Positions 46,315-56,426 of a stretch of 64,000 bases of DNA are shown piece by piece. The notes under the pieces are model-generated. The model made no database searches. It had not been told where the DNA came from and was given only the letters and a program-made list of their open reading frames with translations. This DNA comes from an uncultured bacterium (GTDB lineage Bacteria > Krumholzibacteriota > Krumholzibacteriia > LZORAL124-64-63). The stretch covers positions 1,568,001 to 1,632,000 of the forward strand of contig CAVSGO010000007.1 in the NCBI GenBank assembly GCA_963727525.1, given 5' to 3'. Numbering within the stretch: the stretch's first letter is position 1; the number at the start of each line of letters is the position of its first letter. The translations under genes and the position numbers were made by a program.

Positions 46315-47388
46315 CTAACCCAGACTCAAGATCTCCAGAAGAGAATTCTCGTAGGGCGGCCGCAGCACGCCACGTTCGGTGATGAAGGCGGTGATCAATT
46401 CGCCGGGTGTGACATCGAAGGCGGGATTGAACGCCGCCACCCCCACCGGCGTCGCGCGCGCGGTGCCGAAGGAGTGCACCTCTTCGGGATCGCGTTCCTC
46501 GATCACGATATCCTCGCCGCGGGCGGTCCCCGGATCGAATGTCGAGGCCGGCGCGGCGACGTAGAACGGCACGCCGTGCCGGTGCGCCATCACCGCGAGC
46601 GGATAGGTCCCGATCTTGTTCGCCGTGTCGCCGTTGCGCGCGATGCGATCGGCGCCGGTGATCACCGCGTCGATGCCGCCGCGTCGCAGCACGGTAGCGG
46701 CCGCCACATCGGGAATCACGGTGACGTCGATGCCCTGCGACTGCAGCTCGAACGCCGTGAGACGCGCGCCCTGCAGTAGCGGCCGCGTCTCGTCGGCATA
46801 GACAACCACGTGCTTGCCCAGTTCGCGCGCGGCGTAAACCACCCCCACCGCCGTGCCAAAACCGCCCGTGGCCAGGCCGCCGGCGTTGCAGTGGGTGAGC
46901 ACGGTTGCCCGATCGGGCAGCAACGCGGCACCGGCGCGGCCCATGGCGCGGCCCATGGCCAGGTCCTCGGCATGGATGGCACGCGCTTCCGTCTCGAGCG
47001 CCTCCGCCAGCGCCACCGGCGTGGCGCCCGCGGCGGCATGCGCGTCGACTGCGGCCATCATGCGACGCAATGCCCAGAAGAGGTTCACGGCCGTGGGGCG
47101 CGTGGCTGCGAGGACGTCGCGGTCGCGGTGCAGGCGCGAGAGCAATGCCGCCACGGTCTCACCGGCCTCGACGCCTTGCCAGGCCGACATCGCGAGGCAA
47201 TAGGCCGCAGCGATACCGATGGCGGGAGCGCCGCGCACGGCGAGCTGCTTGATCGCTGCGGCCACCTCGTCCACGCGTCGACACTCGCGGAAGGCCACGC
47301 GGGCGGGCAGCAACGTCTGATCGAGCAGGTGGACGGAGCCGTCGCGGAACTCGGCCACAGGAAACGGGAAGCTCAGGGTCGCGTTCAT
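46315..47388 (-). CDS. mtnA: S-methyl-5-thioribose-1-phosphate isomerase
   Basis: LDQTLLP, VRGAPAIG, RPTAVNL, THCNAGGLAT, DETRPLLQGARLT, GADRIARNGDTANKIGTY. Confidence 0.93.
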   Translation of the reverse strand: MNATLSFPFPVAEFRDGSVHLLDQTLLPARVAFRECRRVDEVAAAIKQLAVRGAPAIGIAAAYCLAMSAWQGVEAGETVAALLSRLHRDRDVLAATRPTAVNLFWALRRMMAAVDAHAAAGATPVALAEALETEARAIHAEDLAMGRAMGRAGAALLPDRATVLTHCNAGGLATGGFGTAVGVVYAARELGKHVVVYADETRPLLQGARLTAFELQSQGIDVTVIPDVAAATVLRRGGIDAVITGADRIARNGDTANKIGTYPLAVMAHRHGVPFYVAAPASTFDPGTARGEDIVIEERDPEEVHSFGTARATPVGVAAFNPAFDVTPGELITAFITERGVLRPPYENSLLEILSLG

Positions 47389-48043
47389 GGCACCTCGTCG
47401 TGGCTGGTCTGGGCGCCGTTCCTCTCGCCAAGCACCGCACGCAGCGCGCGGCCGAGCAGGGCGAGTGGCAGGCCCATGACGTTGAAATAGCAACCGTCGA
47501 CACCGCGCACCATCATGGCGCCGAAGCCCTGGATACCATAGGCGCCGGCCTTGTCCATGGGTTCGCCGGTGGCAACGTAACGGGCGATGGCGGCCGCGGA
47601 GAGTGGCAGGAATTCCACGCCCGTGCGCTCGTGCCCGCGCCAGGGCTGCGCGCCGCCCAGCAGCGCCAGCGCTGTGATCACCACGTGCCGACGACCCTGC
47701 AGGCGAGCAAGGATCCGTTGGGCGTCGGACTCATCCTCGGGTTTCTCGAGCAGCGCGCCGTCGAGGATGACGATGGTATCGGCCCCCAGCACGAGGCGTC
47801 CCGGCCGCGTCGTCGCCACGGCCTGCGCCTTGGCCAGCGCCAGTTCCTCCGCGTAACGGCCCGGTTCGTCGTGCAGGTGGGTCAGCGCCGCAGCCGACGT
47901 CACCTCCACCGCTTCCGCCGCCACGTGCACCTCGAAAGGTATGCCGGCTACCCGCAGCAACTCGGCGCGGCGCGGCGAACGGCTGGCGAGTACGAGCGCC
48001 TCGCCCGCCGGCCAGGGCACGAACGGACTCGTGACAGTCCCCG

Positions 48044-48047
<4 letters not shown>
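47385..48047 (-). CDS. maf: Maf nucleoside triphosphate pyrophosphatase
   Basis: LASRSPRRAELL, LGADTIV, EPMDKAGAYGIQG, NVMGLP. Confidence 0.92.
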
Positions 48048-48493
<446 letters not shown>

Positions 48494-48496
48494 CGG

Positions 48497-50680
48497 CTAG
48501 CCTACCTGATACCGATCGATCTTCTCCACGCCGGCCACGTGACCCACGGCGCGCAACACCTTCTGCAGGTTGTTGAGATTGCGCACCTCGACCACGAAGA
48601 CGGCGCGGGCGAGGTCGTTTTCCTTGCCGAACTCGCCGCTATGGAGGTTGGCGCCTTCGGCGCCGATCACCTGGCTGATGTCCGCGAGCAGACCCTTGCG
48701 GTCGCTGGCCAGGATGATCAGCTTCACGAGGAACGTCTGGTCGGATGCGACGTCCCAGCTCACCTCGATGAGGTGATCGTCGTCGAGTTGCGGGTCCTTC
48801 AGGTTGGAACAGCCCACGCGATGCACGGTGACGCCGCGTCCCCGGGTGATGAGGCCGATGATCTCGTCGCCGGGAATCGGATTGCAGCAACGCGCAAAGT
48901 TGACGACCAGATTCTCCTCCCCGGCCACGCGCACGCCGCCCATCTTGCGGCGCAGAATGGCATCGGAGATATCGCGCGCCTTGTCGAACACGCGGTCCGG
49001 CAGCGAGCGCTCGGTCGGATGCAGGCGCGTGAGCACCCGCTGCCAGGATTGCTCGCCGCGGCCAATCGCAGCCAGCAACGACTCCGACTCCGCATAGCCC
49101 ATCTGCTGTGCGACATCCATGAGACCCTCGTCCATGTTCACACGCAGCTTCTGCCGTTGCAGCTCCCGCTCGAGAATCTCCTTGCCCAGACGCACGCTCT
49201 CCTGCTGCTGGGTGCTCTTGATCCAGCGGCGGATATGGTGCTTGGCGCGCGCGGTCTGCACGATGCTGAGCCAGCCCGTCGACGGACGCGCCGTCTTCGA
49301 CGTGAGGATCTCCACCACGTCGCGATTATGCAGCGGCGTGCGCAGGCTCACGATGCGGTTGTTCACCTTGGCACCCACGCAGTGCAGACCCACGGCCGAG
49401 TGGATGCGGAACGCGAAGTCGAGCGGCGTGGAGCCCCGAGGCAGCTGGAAGAGATCACCGGCCGGGCTGAAGACGAAGACCTCGTCTCGGAAAAAGTCGA
49501 TGCGCAGCGTCTCCATGAACTCGCGCGGGTCAGCAACATCCTGCTGCCACTCCATGATCTGTCGTAGCCAGCGCACGAGACCGGAGAAGTCGGTGGCATC
49601 GCGCGTACCTTCCTTGTAGCGCCAGTGCGCGGCGATGCCCAGCTCACTGCGCTCGTGCATCTCCAGCGTGCGGATCTGCACCTCGACGTAACGTCCGCCC
49701 GGCACCAGCACCGTGGTATGCAGCGATTGATACATGTTCGGCTTGGGCGTCGCGATGTAGTCCTTGATGCGATCGGCCAGTGGCGGGAACAGGCTGTGGA
49801 TCACACCCAGGGCGTGATAGCAGTCGGCCTTGGTCTCGGTGATCACGCGCAGGGCGAGCAGGTCGAAGACGCGGTCGAGGGCGATGGACTGGTCCTTCAT
49901 CTTGCGATAGATCGAGTAGAAGTGCTTGGGACGTCCGGTCACCTCGCAGTGGATGCCGGCCTTCTCCAGCGCTTCCAGCAGCGGCTGCTCCACCTCCTCC
50001 ACGCGATGCTCCCGTTCGGCGCGGGTGGTGTTGATCCCACGCTCGATATCGAAGTAGCGCTCGGGCAGGAGAATCTTGAAAGATCGGTCCTCCAACTCCC
50101 ACTTGATGCGCGCGATGCCGAAGCGGTGGGCCAGCGGCGCGTAGACGTCCATCGTCTCCTGAGCGATCTCGCGCTGTCGGTCGGCCGGGAGGTACTCGAT
50201 GGTGCGCATGTTGTGCAGGCGATCGGCCAGCTTGATGAGCACCGTACGCGGATCCTGTGCGATCGAGAGGATGAGCTTTCGATAGGTCCCGGCCTTGCGC
50301 GCCTCGGGATTGGCGCTGCGGATCTCGCTGATCTTGGTGACGCCGTCCACCATGTGGGCCACGTCGGCCCCGAATCGCTGCTTCACTTCGGCCAGCTCGT
50401 GAACCGTGTCCTCCACCACGTCGTGCACCAGCGCGGCGATCAGGGAGTCGACGTCCAGGCGCAGATCCGCGAGGATGTCGGCCACGATGAGCGCATGCGA
50501 AAAGTACGGCTCCCCGCTGTGACGCACCTGACCGGCATGCGCGGACAGGGCGAAGTCGTACGCCGCCCACAGGCGCGTGACGTCGGCGCCGGAGTTGTAC
50601 TCTTGCACCTTCGCGACGATGGCCTCCATCATGCCACGCAGGTCGTGGCCGGAGTCGGTGTGCGAGATGCTCGATTTCAT
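48497..50680 (-). CDS. relA: Bifunctional (p)ppGpp synthetase/hydrolase (Rel/SpoT)
   Basis: Intact HD domain (HDVVEDT, KLADRLHNMRT); RIKDYIATPKPNMYQSLHT; TGS, ZFD (CCNPIPGD) and ACT domains. Confidence 0.93.
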   Translation of the reverse strand: MKSSISHTDSGHDLRGMMEAIVAKVQEYNSGADVTRLWAAYDFALSAHAGQVRHSGEPYFSHALIVADILADLRLDVDSLIAALVHDVVEDTVHELAEVKQRFGADVAHMVDGVTKISEIRSANPEARKAGTYRKLILSIAQDPRTVLIKLADRLHNMRTIEYLPADRQREIAQETMDVYAPLAHRFGIARIKWELEDRSFKILLPERYFDIERGINTTRAEREHRVEEVEQPLLEALEKAGIHCEVTGRPKHFYSIYRKMKDQSIALDRVFDLLALRVITETKADCYHALGVIHSLFPPLADRIKDYIATPKPNMYQSLHTTVLVPGGRYVEVQIRTLEMHERSELGIAAHWRYKEGTRDATDFSGLVRWLRQIMEWQQDVADPREFMETLRIDFFRDEVFVFSPAGDLFQLPRGSTPLDFAFRIHSAVGLHCVGAKVNNRIVSLRTPLHNRDVVEILTSKTARPSTGWLSIVQTARAKHHIRRWIKSTQQQESVRLGKEILERELQRQKLRVNMDEGLMDVAQQMGYAESESLLAAIGRGEQSWQRVLTRLHPTERSLPDRVFDKARDISDAILRRKMGGVRVAGEENLVVNFARCCNPIPGDEIIGLITRGRGVTVHRVGCSNLKDPQLDDDHLIEVSWDVASDQTFLVKLIILASDRKGLLADISQVIGAEGANLHSGEFGKENDLARAVFVVEVRNLNNLQKVLRAVGHVAGVEKIDRYQVG

Positions 50681-52644
50681 GGCCGGTCGGTAGCGGGCCG
50701 CACGTCCACCAGGAGCTGCTGGACGGGATCGTACGAACTGCCGCGCGGGCGGAAGGTGCTGCGGCCGATCTGGAAGAGGACGTCCCACTCCTCGTTCAGC
50801 GGATCGCGTCCCGCGGCATCCAGCTCCGTGCAGCACCGCCGCCAGGCCTCGCCGCTGCCGAAGGCGACGAACTCGCGCGCCAGCGCGGGCGTCTGCCCGT
50901 GCGCAAGACCGGTGGCGCGGAAGGCGAAGCGCAGGTGAGCGCCCCCTCCCATCACGGTGGGATGGCGTAGCAGGCGTAACCGGCGCGCCTGGAACACCGG
51001 CTTGCGATTGCCGGCACCGAACGGCTCCATCTGCTCCAGCTCCGCGACCTGATCGGCCACGTCCTGGGACGTGAGATCGACGATGCTGAGTTCGAGGTCG
51101 TAGGTCACGGGTACCGGGCCGCGCCGCGGCTCACGCCGCAGCGCCGCCAGGAACGCCTCCCGGAACGCCGGGATGTCGCGCCGGCGTAACGTGAGCCCGG
51201 CCGCCTGGGCATGGCCTCCATAGCGCAGCAGGTAGCCGGCGCAGCGATCGAGCACGGCCTTCACGTCGACATCGGCCACGCTGCGCGCCGAACCGCGGGC
51301 CTCGTCGCCTTCCACGGCAATGAGGATGGTCGGCAGCTGGTACAGTTCCACGAGCCGCGCCGCACCGATGCCGATGACACCCTTGTGCCACGTGCTCGCC
51401 GCCAGTACCAGGCCCGGATCGCCGCGCCCGACGTAGGGCTCGGCCATGGCCACGGCTTCTTCCTTCAGCGCGATGTCGGCCTGCTTGCGCCGCGTGTTGG
51501 TGCGATCCGCCTCCTGCGCCAAACGTTCAGCCATCGCGGGATCGTCGGTGAGCAGCAGTTCCAGCGCCGCCATCACGCGGCCGATGCGTCCGCACGCGTT
51601 CAGGCGCGGAGCGATCTGGTACGCGAGGTCGGCAGCCGTGACGGGGAAGCCACGGTCGAGCCCGGCGATGCGCAGCAGCGCGGCCACGCCCGGCCGGATG
51701 GTCTGCCGATCGCCCAGCCGTTCGAGCCCCTTGCGCACGAGTACACGATTCTCCCCCACCAGGGCCATCTGATCCGCCACCAGCCCCAGGGCCACGAGGT
51801 CGGTGAGTCCGTTGAGGAACTGGCGCGGCAAGCATGTCGCGAACTCCTGCTGCATCGCCTGCGCCAGCTTGAACGCCACGGCCACGCCGCAGAGGTCGGC
51901 ATTGGGATACTGCGCGTCGGGTCGCCGCGGGTTCACCAGCGCCACGGCGCACGGTCGTTCCTCGAAGATATGGTGGTCGAGCACGATGACGTCGATGCCC
52001 AGTTCCTGCGCGAGCGCCAGCTCGGTGTGGGCGGCGGAACCCGTATCCACCGTGATCAGCAACGTGACACCCTCGGCCGCCCACTCGCGGACCATGCGCG
52101 CCGCCACGCCGTAGCCGTCGGTGGCGCGGTCGGGAATGAACGGCGGCAAGACCGCCGTCCGCTGATCGTCGATCGTGAGGTTGCGCAGTAGTTCGTAGAG
52201 CACGGCGCAGCCGGTGATGCCGTCCACGTCGAAGTCGCCGTGGATGGCCACCTTCTCGCCCTGACGCGCCGCACGGGCGACGCGCGCCACGGCCTTGTCC
52301 ATCTCCACGAGCAGGAAGGGATCGGAGAGGTGCTCGAGCGAGGGGTAGAAGAAGCTGTCGAGGTCGCGCCGGTTGGTCAGACCCCGCGAGGCGAGCAGGA
52401 CCAGCAGCCGGTCGGAGACGGAGAAGGGCAGCGGGACCTCGCGGCGCAACCGCTCGATCGTCTCCGGCTGCGGCATGTCCTCTGCACGCCACGGCCGCCC
52501 GGACAGGATGCCGCAGGGAGCGCCCTCGCGCGCGGCGACTTCCGGATCGCACTGCGGCTCCGGCGCCGCCACGGGGCGATCGGGTTCACCCGGATGTCCT
52601 GGCGTGGACTCGGGATCGGGCGACAGGGGCAGTTCGTGCGGCAC
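50677..52644 (-). CDS. recJ: Single-stranded-DNA exonuclease RecJ
   Basis: HGDFDVDG, TVDTG, LDHH, PRLNACGR, GSARS, GGHAQAAG, EPFGAGN. Confidence 0.93.
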   Translation of the reverse strand: MPHELPLSPDPESTPGHPGEPDRPVAAPEPQCDPEVAAREGAPCGILSGRPWRAEDMPQPETIERLRREVPLPFSVSDRLLVLLASRGLTNRRDLDSFFYPSLEHLSDPFLLVEMDKAVARVARAARQGEKVAIHGDFDVDGITGCAVLYELLRNLTIDDQRTAVLPPFIPDRATDGYGVAARMVREWAAEGVTLLITVDTGSAAHTELALAQELGIDVIVLDHHIFEERPCAVALVNPRRPDAQYPNADLCGVAVAFKLAQAMQQEFATCLPRQFLNGLTDLVALGLVADQMALVGENRVLVRKGLERLGDRQTIRPGVAALLRIAGLDRGFPVTAADLAYQIAPRLNACGRIGRVMAALELLLTDDPAMAERLAQEADRTNTRRKQADIALKEEAVAMAEPYVGRGDPGLVLAASTWHKGVIGIGAARLVELYQLPTILIAVEGDEARGSARSVADVDVKAVLDRCAGYLLRYGGHAQAAGLTLRRRDIPAFREAFLAALRREPRRGPVPVTYDLELSIVDLTSQDVADQVAELEQMEPFGAGNRKPVFQARRLRLLRHPTVMGGGAHLRFAFRATGLAHGQTPALAREFVAFGSGEAWRRCCTELDAAGRDPLNEEWDVLFQIGRSTFRPRGSSYDPVQQLLVDVRPATDRP

Positions 52645-52746
52645 AGTTTCGGCTCCCCGCGAACCGATCGTCATGGACGAACGCTCGCGTCAACAGGGTG
52701 ACCGCCCGTCCGTCCGTGCCCGTACGGCACGGACGGACGAACGACA

Positions 52747-53117
52747 GGGAAGCCGGTCGTAAGCCGAGTTCTGTTACCGCTCTCGCGGTGACGACCATGT
52801 ATCTGGGACCGACGTTGCCGTCGGCCTCGAGCGACCTACCCGGGAGTCGAACGAGGCGGGCCACCTCTCCTCCCCTATTTGGTCTTGCACCGGGTGGGGT
52901 TTGCCCTGCCACCTCCGTCACCGGAAGCGCGGTGAGCTCTTACCTCACCTTTTCACCCTTACCGCGCCAGGCCACGAAGCCTGGCGTGGCGGTATGTTTT
53001 CTGTGGCACTTTCCGTAGGATTGCTCCTCCTGGGTGTTACCCAGCACCCTGCCCTGCGGTGCTCGGACTTTCCTCGGGTTCCCTGGGGGGAACACGCGGT
53101 CGTCTCTCCAGCTTCCC
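52747..53117 (-). ncRNA. rnpB: RNase P RNA, bacterial type A
   Basis: GAGGAAAGUCCGAGC, GAAAGUGCCACAGAAA, GGUAAGAGC, GGCAAACCCC, ACAGAACUCGGCUUA; P1 helix GGGAAGCUGG/CCGGCUUCCC. Confidence 0.97.
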
Positions 53118-53125
53118 AAGCCGTC

Positions 53126-53154
53126 ATGATATAGCCATCCACAAACCCTGTCCA
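53126..53154 (-). promoter_or_regulatory. Sigma70 promoter of rnpB
   Basis: TGGACA-N17-TATCAT, 8 nt upstream of the P1 helix. Confidence 0.65.
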
Positions 53155-53355
53155 ATCCCTTCCCTGGTGCCAGGGAAATTGTTGTTGGATTCTGGCCGGC
53201 CAGAAAAGCTTGTATATCAATGCTTAAAACATGCCAATAAGGGAATATAACGATCCAATGAAAAAACAAGACCTCGATTCCGGGACGATTGAGGATTTCC
53301 GCGCGGAACCAGAGTGATACTGTATAATCAAGAATTACGACAGAAAGGACTTCGA

Positions 53356-54549
53356 ATGCTACGCCTACACCCGCCGCTTTCCATCCCCATGTTCCTCTGC
53401 ATACTCGCCACCCCCGCCCTTGCCGTTCACATTCCGGTGACGTCGAACGGTGGCGAACCCGGTTCTTTCACGATTCAGGAGGCCGTGGACCAGGCGGCCG
53501 ACGGGGACCAGATCGACCTGGCGCCTGGCACCTACACCGGTTCCGGCAACCGAGACGTGGACCTGCAGGGGAAGGCCATCGTCGTCGCCGGTCCGCTGGC
53601 GGGGAGCGACGCAATCATCGACTGCGGCGGCAGTGAGAACGAGCCCCATCGGGGTTTCGTGTGCCGCAGCGGCGAGTCCGAGTCGACGGAACTGCGTGAC
53701 GTCACGGTCACGGGCGGCTTCGCTCCCGACGACACCGCCGACATCCCCGGTGGCGGCGCCGTGCTGATCGAGAGCTTCAGTTCGCCGAGCTTCACCCGGT
53801 GCACGTTCCGGGACAATGTGGCGGGGACGGGCTCGCAGACGGCGGGCGGGGCGGTATACGCCAATCGCGGCTGCCAGCCCAGGTTCACGGACTGCGTGTT
53901 CGAATCGAACCAGGCTCTGTACGGTGGCGCGGTGGGGCTGAATCACGGTGCACCAGCCACGTTCGTCGGTTGCCGGTTCGCTTCCAACCTCGCCGAGCGT
54001 GGCGGCGTGATCTGGGGCAACCCGAGCACCAAGATCAACTGCGTGTTCGTCTTCAATCTGGGCGTCGATGGTGGGGTCATCTGGCAGAACGGCTTCGGCA
54101 TCGATAGCGCGGAGCACTGCACCTTCGCGTTCAACGGGGGGACGACCGGGGCCGTCTATCACGTCAGCGGCAACTACGATCTGAGGCTGCACGCATGTGT
54201 CGTCGCCCAGAACCACGGCGCGGCCGGAATTCAGGCGAGCGTGCAGGGCGAGGTCGCGCTGACGTGCACGGATCTCTTCGGCAACGAGGGCGGCGACTGG
54301 ATCGCACCGTTCGCCGCCCAGATCGACGCGGCTGGCAACTTCTCGGCGCCGCCGTGCTTCTGCGACGAGTTCGGGGGTGACGTGCATCTGTGCGCCGATT
54401 CGTACTGCCTGCCGGGATTCCACCCCTGGGGATGCCACGAGCTTGTCGGTGCCCTGGACGTGGGATGCGGGACCTGCGGGTGCTCCGACCAGGGCCCGGT
54501 GGCCAACGAGGCCCGGAGCTGGGGCTACGTGAAGTCGCTCTACCGCTGA
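53356..54549 (+). CDS. Secreted beta-helix protein (Pmp-like GGA(I/V)/FxxN repeats) with Cys-rich end and SWGYVKSLYR tail
   Basis: Signal peptide; TIQEAVDQAADGD...PGTYTGSGNRD; GGAV and FRDN/FESN/FASN repeats; TGTATAAT and AAAGGA upstream. Confidence 0.82.
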   Translation: MLRLHPPLSIPMFLCILATPALAVHIPVTSNGGEPGSFTIQEAVDQAADGDQIDLAPGTYTGSGNRDVDLQGKAIVVAGPLAGSDAIIDCGGSENEPHRGFVCRSGESESTELRDVTVTGGFAPDDTADIPGGGAVLIESFSSPSFTRCTFRDNVAGTGSQTAGGAVYANRGCQPRFTDCVFESNQALYGGAVGLNHGAPATFVGCRFASNLAERGGVIWGNPSTKINCVFVFNLGVDGGVIWQNGFGIDSAEHCTFAFNGGTTGAVYHVSGNYDLRLHACVVAQNHGAAGIQASVQGEVALTCTDLFGNEGGDWIAPFAAQIDAAGNFSAPPCFCDEFGGDVHLCADSYCLPGFHPWGCHELVGALDVGCGTCGCSDQGPVANEARSWGYVKSLYR

Positions 54550-55283
54550 GCGTCGAGAGCCACGTTGGCGAGAAAGTCGGCGTGGGCGTTGCGTTCGCGC
54601 GGCACGTGACGGATCTGGAACTCCCGGAGTTGCTTCGCCAGGTGCTGGACCTGCTGGTAGAGAGGCAGCAGGTCGGGGCTCTTCACGCGGTAGGCGCCGG
54701 TGAGCTGGCGCGCCACCAGCTCACTGTCCAGGAACAGGTGCACGCGCGTCACGCTCCAGCGCTGACAGAACTGCAGCGCGACGAGCACGGCGCGATACTC
54801 GGCCACGTTGTTCGTGGTCGCCCCGATGGCCTCGCCATGGCCACACAGTTCGGGGCCATCCATCTGGCGAAAGACGATGCCAACGGCCGCGGGCCCGGGA
54901 TTGCCGCGGCTGGCACCGTCGGTGAAGATCTCGATCACGGGGCTGCCCTTCGCGGGCAGAGGGCTGCGCTTGAGCGTCGCCGCGGCCGGGATCTCGGGGA
55001 AGGCCCGGCGTTTCGAACGCGGGGCGGGCGCCGGCGGCGCGGCTGCCGCCACACCATTGGCCACGGCGTCGACCTCGGTGTTGAGGTCGCGTCGCCAGAC
55101 CGAGAGGCGGCGGCGGAGTTCGCGCACGGTGAGGCCGCACTCGCGCGCAAAGGGGCGGAGATCGCGGCTGCGTTCGAGCGTGCGCAACAGATCGACGAGG
55201 GTTTCCGGAACCCTGGTGTCGGTCTTCGAATCGGCCTTCGGATCGGTATTGGCGTCGCCCTTGGCGTCGGTCATCGTCATCAC
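54540..55283 (-). CDS. rnhA: Ribonuclease HI with N-terminal helical extension
   Basis: FTDGASRGNPGPA, TNNVAEYRA, DSELVARQLTG, HVPRERNAHADFLAN. Confidence 0.9.
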   Translation of the reverse strand: MMTMTDAKGDANTDPKADSKTDTRVPETLVDLLRTLERSRDLRPFARECGLTVRELRRRLSVWRRDLNTEVDAVANGVAAAAPPAPAPRSKRRAFPEIPAAATLKRSPLPAKGSPVIEIFTDGASRGNPGPAAVGIVFRQMDGPELCGHGEAIGATTNNVAEYRAVLVALQFCQRWSVTRVHLFLDSELVARQLTGAYRVKSPDLLPLYQQVQHLAKQLREFQIRHVPRERNAHADFLANVALDAQR

Positions 55284-56014
55284 ATCCACTCGCCGCGCCG
55301 TAGACCGCGGCGTGCCACGATGAATCGACCGCACCCGTTGCAGGTCGGGACTTCACGGTCGCGATCGACGTCCACGGCCTTCTGGGCCGGGAGCTGATAG
55401 CCGCAAGCATCACAGGCACCGCCCACGATGCCGGCGATGGGATTGCCGAGCTGGGTCGCCAGGCGTTTCAGCCGCGCGGCCATCGGCGCCGGCAGCCGCT
55501 TCAGGACGGCCTGCAGATCCTGCGTCACCTCCAGACCGGCCACGGACGCATGCTCCCGTCGCTGAGCGAGATCGCCCTGACGCTCGACGATCTGGGAGCG
55601 CTGACGGTCCACGGTCTCCGTCGTCTCCGCCAGCGACGCGGTCTGGGCGTCGGCGGCCTCCCAGCTCGCGATGAGCTCGGCCTCGAGCGCGTCGCGCTTC
55701 ACCTGGAGATGCTCCAGTTCACTGGCCAGAGCGGCCGCGCTGTGGGCGTCGTGAATCCGAGCCCGGCGGGCCCGGCGTACCTGGAGACGCGCCTCGAGAT
55801 CGCGCAGTTCGCCCTCGAGCCGATGCGCCTGGCGGCGACGGTCGGCCACGATGGCGGCAGCGTCCGTGAGGTCCGCGGTGTACTCGGCACTCAGGCCAGT
55901 GAGGTGGGCATCGCGACCGGCGGCCTCACTCACGACCGTCCTCGCACGAACCAGTTCCTCGTAGAGACCTGCCACTTCGCGCAGATCGTGCAGGATCGGA
56001 CCAATCTCGTCCAT
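55280..56014 (-). CDS. Coiled-coil plus C4 zinc-ribbon protein (DUF164 / CT398-HP0958-like)
   Basis: Long coiled coil followed by CDACG...CNGCGR; usual position upstream of rnhA. Confidence 0.82.
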   Translation of the reverse strand: MDEIGPILHDLREVAGLYEELVRARTVVSEAAGRDAHLTGLSAEYTADLTDAAAIVADRRRQAHRLEGELRDLEARLQVRRARRARIHDAHSAAALASELEHLQVKRDALEAELIASWEAADAQTASLAETTETVDRQRSQIVERQGDLAQRREHASVAGLEVTQDLQAVLKRLPAPMAARLKRLATQLGNPIAGIVGGACDACGYQLPAQKAVDVDRDREVPTCNGCGRFIVARRGLRRGEWM

Positions 56015-56044
56015 GACTTCTCAGCACTCCCCTGACGGACAGCA

Positions 56045-56070
56045 AGAAAGGGTGCCGGGGCACCCTTTCT
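56045..56070 (-). terminator. Terminator-like palindrome downstream of the tRNA pair
   Basis: AGAAAGGGTGCC-GG-GGCACCCTTTCT; U-rich 3' end in both directions. Confidence 0.7.
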
Positions 56071-56117
56071 CTCATCATCATGGTCAGGCGACCCGAGTCG
56101 CGGCTGGCGCAGGACGG

Positions 56118-56194
56118 TGGTGGGCGATACTGGACTCGAACCAGTGACCTCTCGCGTGTGAGGCGAGCGCTCTAGCCAGCTGAGCTAATCGCCC
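56118..56194 (-). tRNA. tRNA-Val(CAC)
   Basis: GGGCGATTAGCTCAGCTGG...CTCGC-CTCACAC-GCGAG...GGTTCGAGTCC...ATCGCCCACCA. Confidence 0.96.
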
Positions 56195-56236
56195 ATCGTC
56201 CTGTCACTTGCGCATGGATCGCCTACCTAGGGGCCG

Positions 56237-56312
56237 TGGTGGGCCCACCAGGATTTGAACCTGGGACCAGCCGGTTATGAGCCGGCCGCTCTGACCGCTG
56301 AGCTATGGGCCC
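56237..56312 (-). tRNA. tRNA-CAT, most likely Ile2 (lysidine-modified)
   Basis: GGGCCCATAGCTCAG...GCCGG-CTCATAA-CCGGC...TGGGCCCACCA. The paired G1-C72 excludes fMet, and the position after rpoD is typical of Ile2. Confidence 0.9.
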
Positions 56313-56329
56313 CAAAAACCGGGACCCGC

Positions 56330-56358
56330 AAGATAATCGGTTCCCACCGGGCGGTCAA
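56330..56358 (-). promoter_or_regulatory. Sigma70 promoter of the tRNA pair
   Basis: TTGACC-N17-TATCTT followed by a GC-rich discriminator. Confidence 0.75.
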
Positions 56359-56426
56359 CCCCGGGTCAGAGGGGGCCGGACGCGGGTTGCACCGGGGATC
56401 GCGTCCCGCCGATCGCCATCCCGGCC

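Noticed and set aside
52586-53269. Short ORFs over 52.6-53.3 kb
   Set aside because: They overlap the RNase P RNA gene and its promoter.
56118-56312. tRNA-anchored genomic island
   Set aside because: I saw no duplicated tRNA 3' end or integrase, and the flanks are conserved housekeeping genes.
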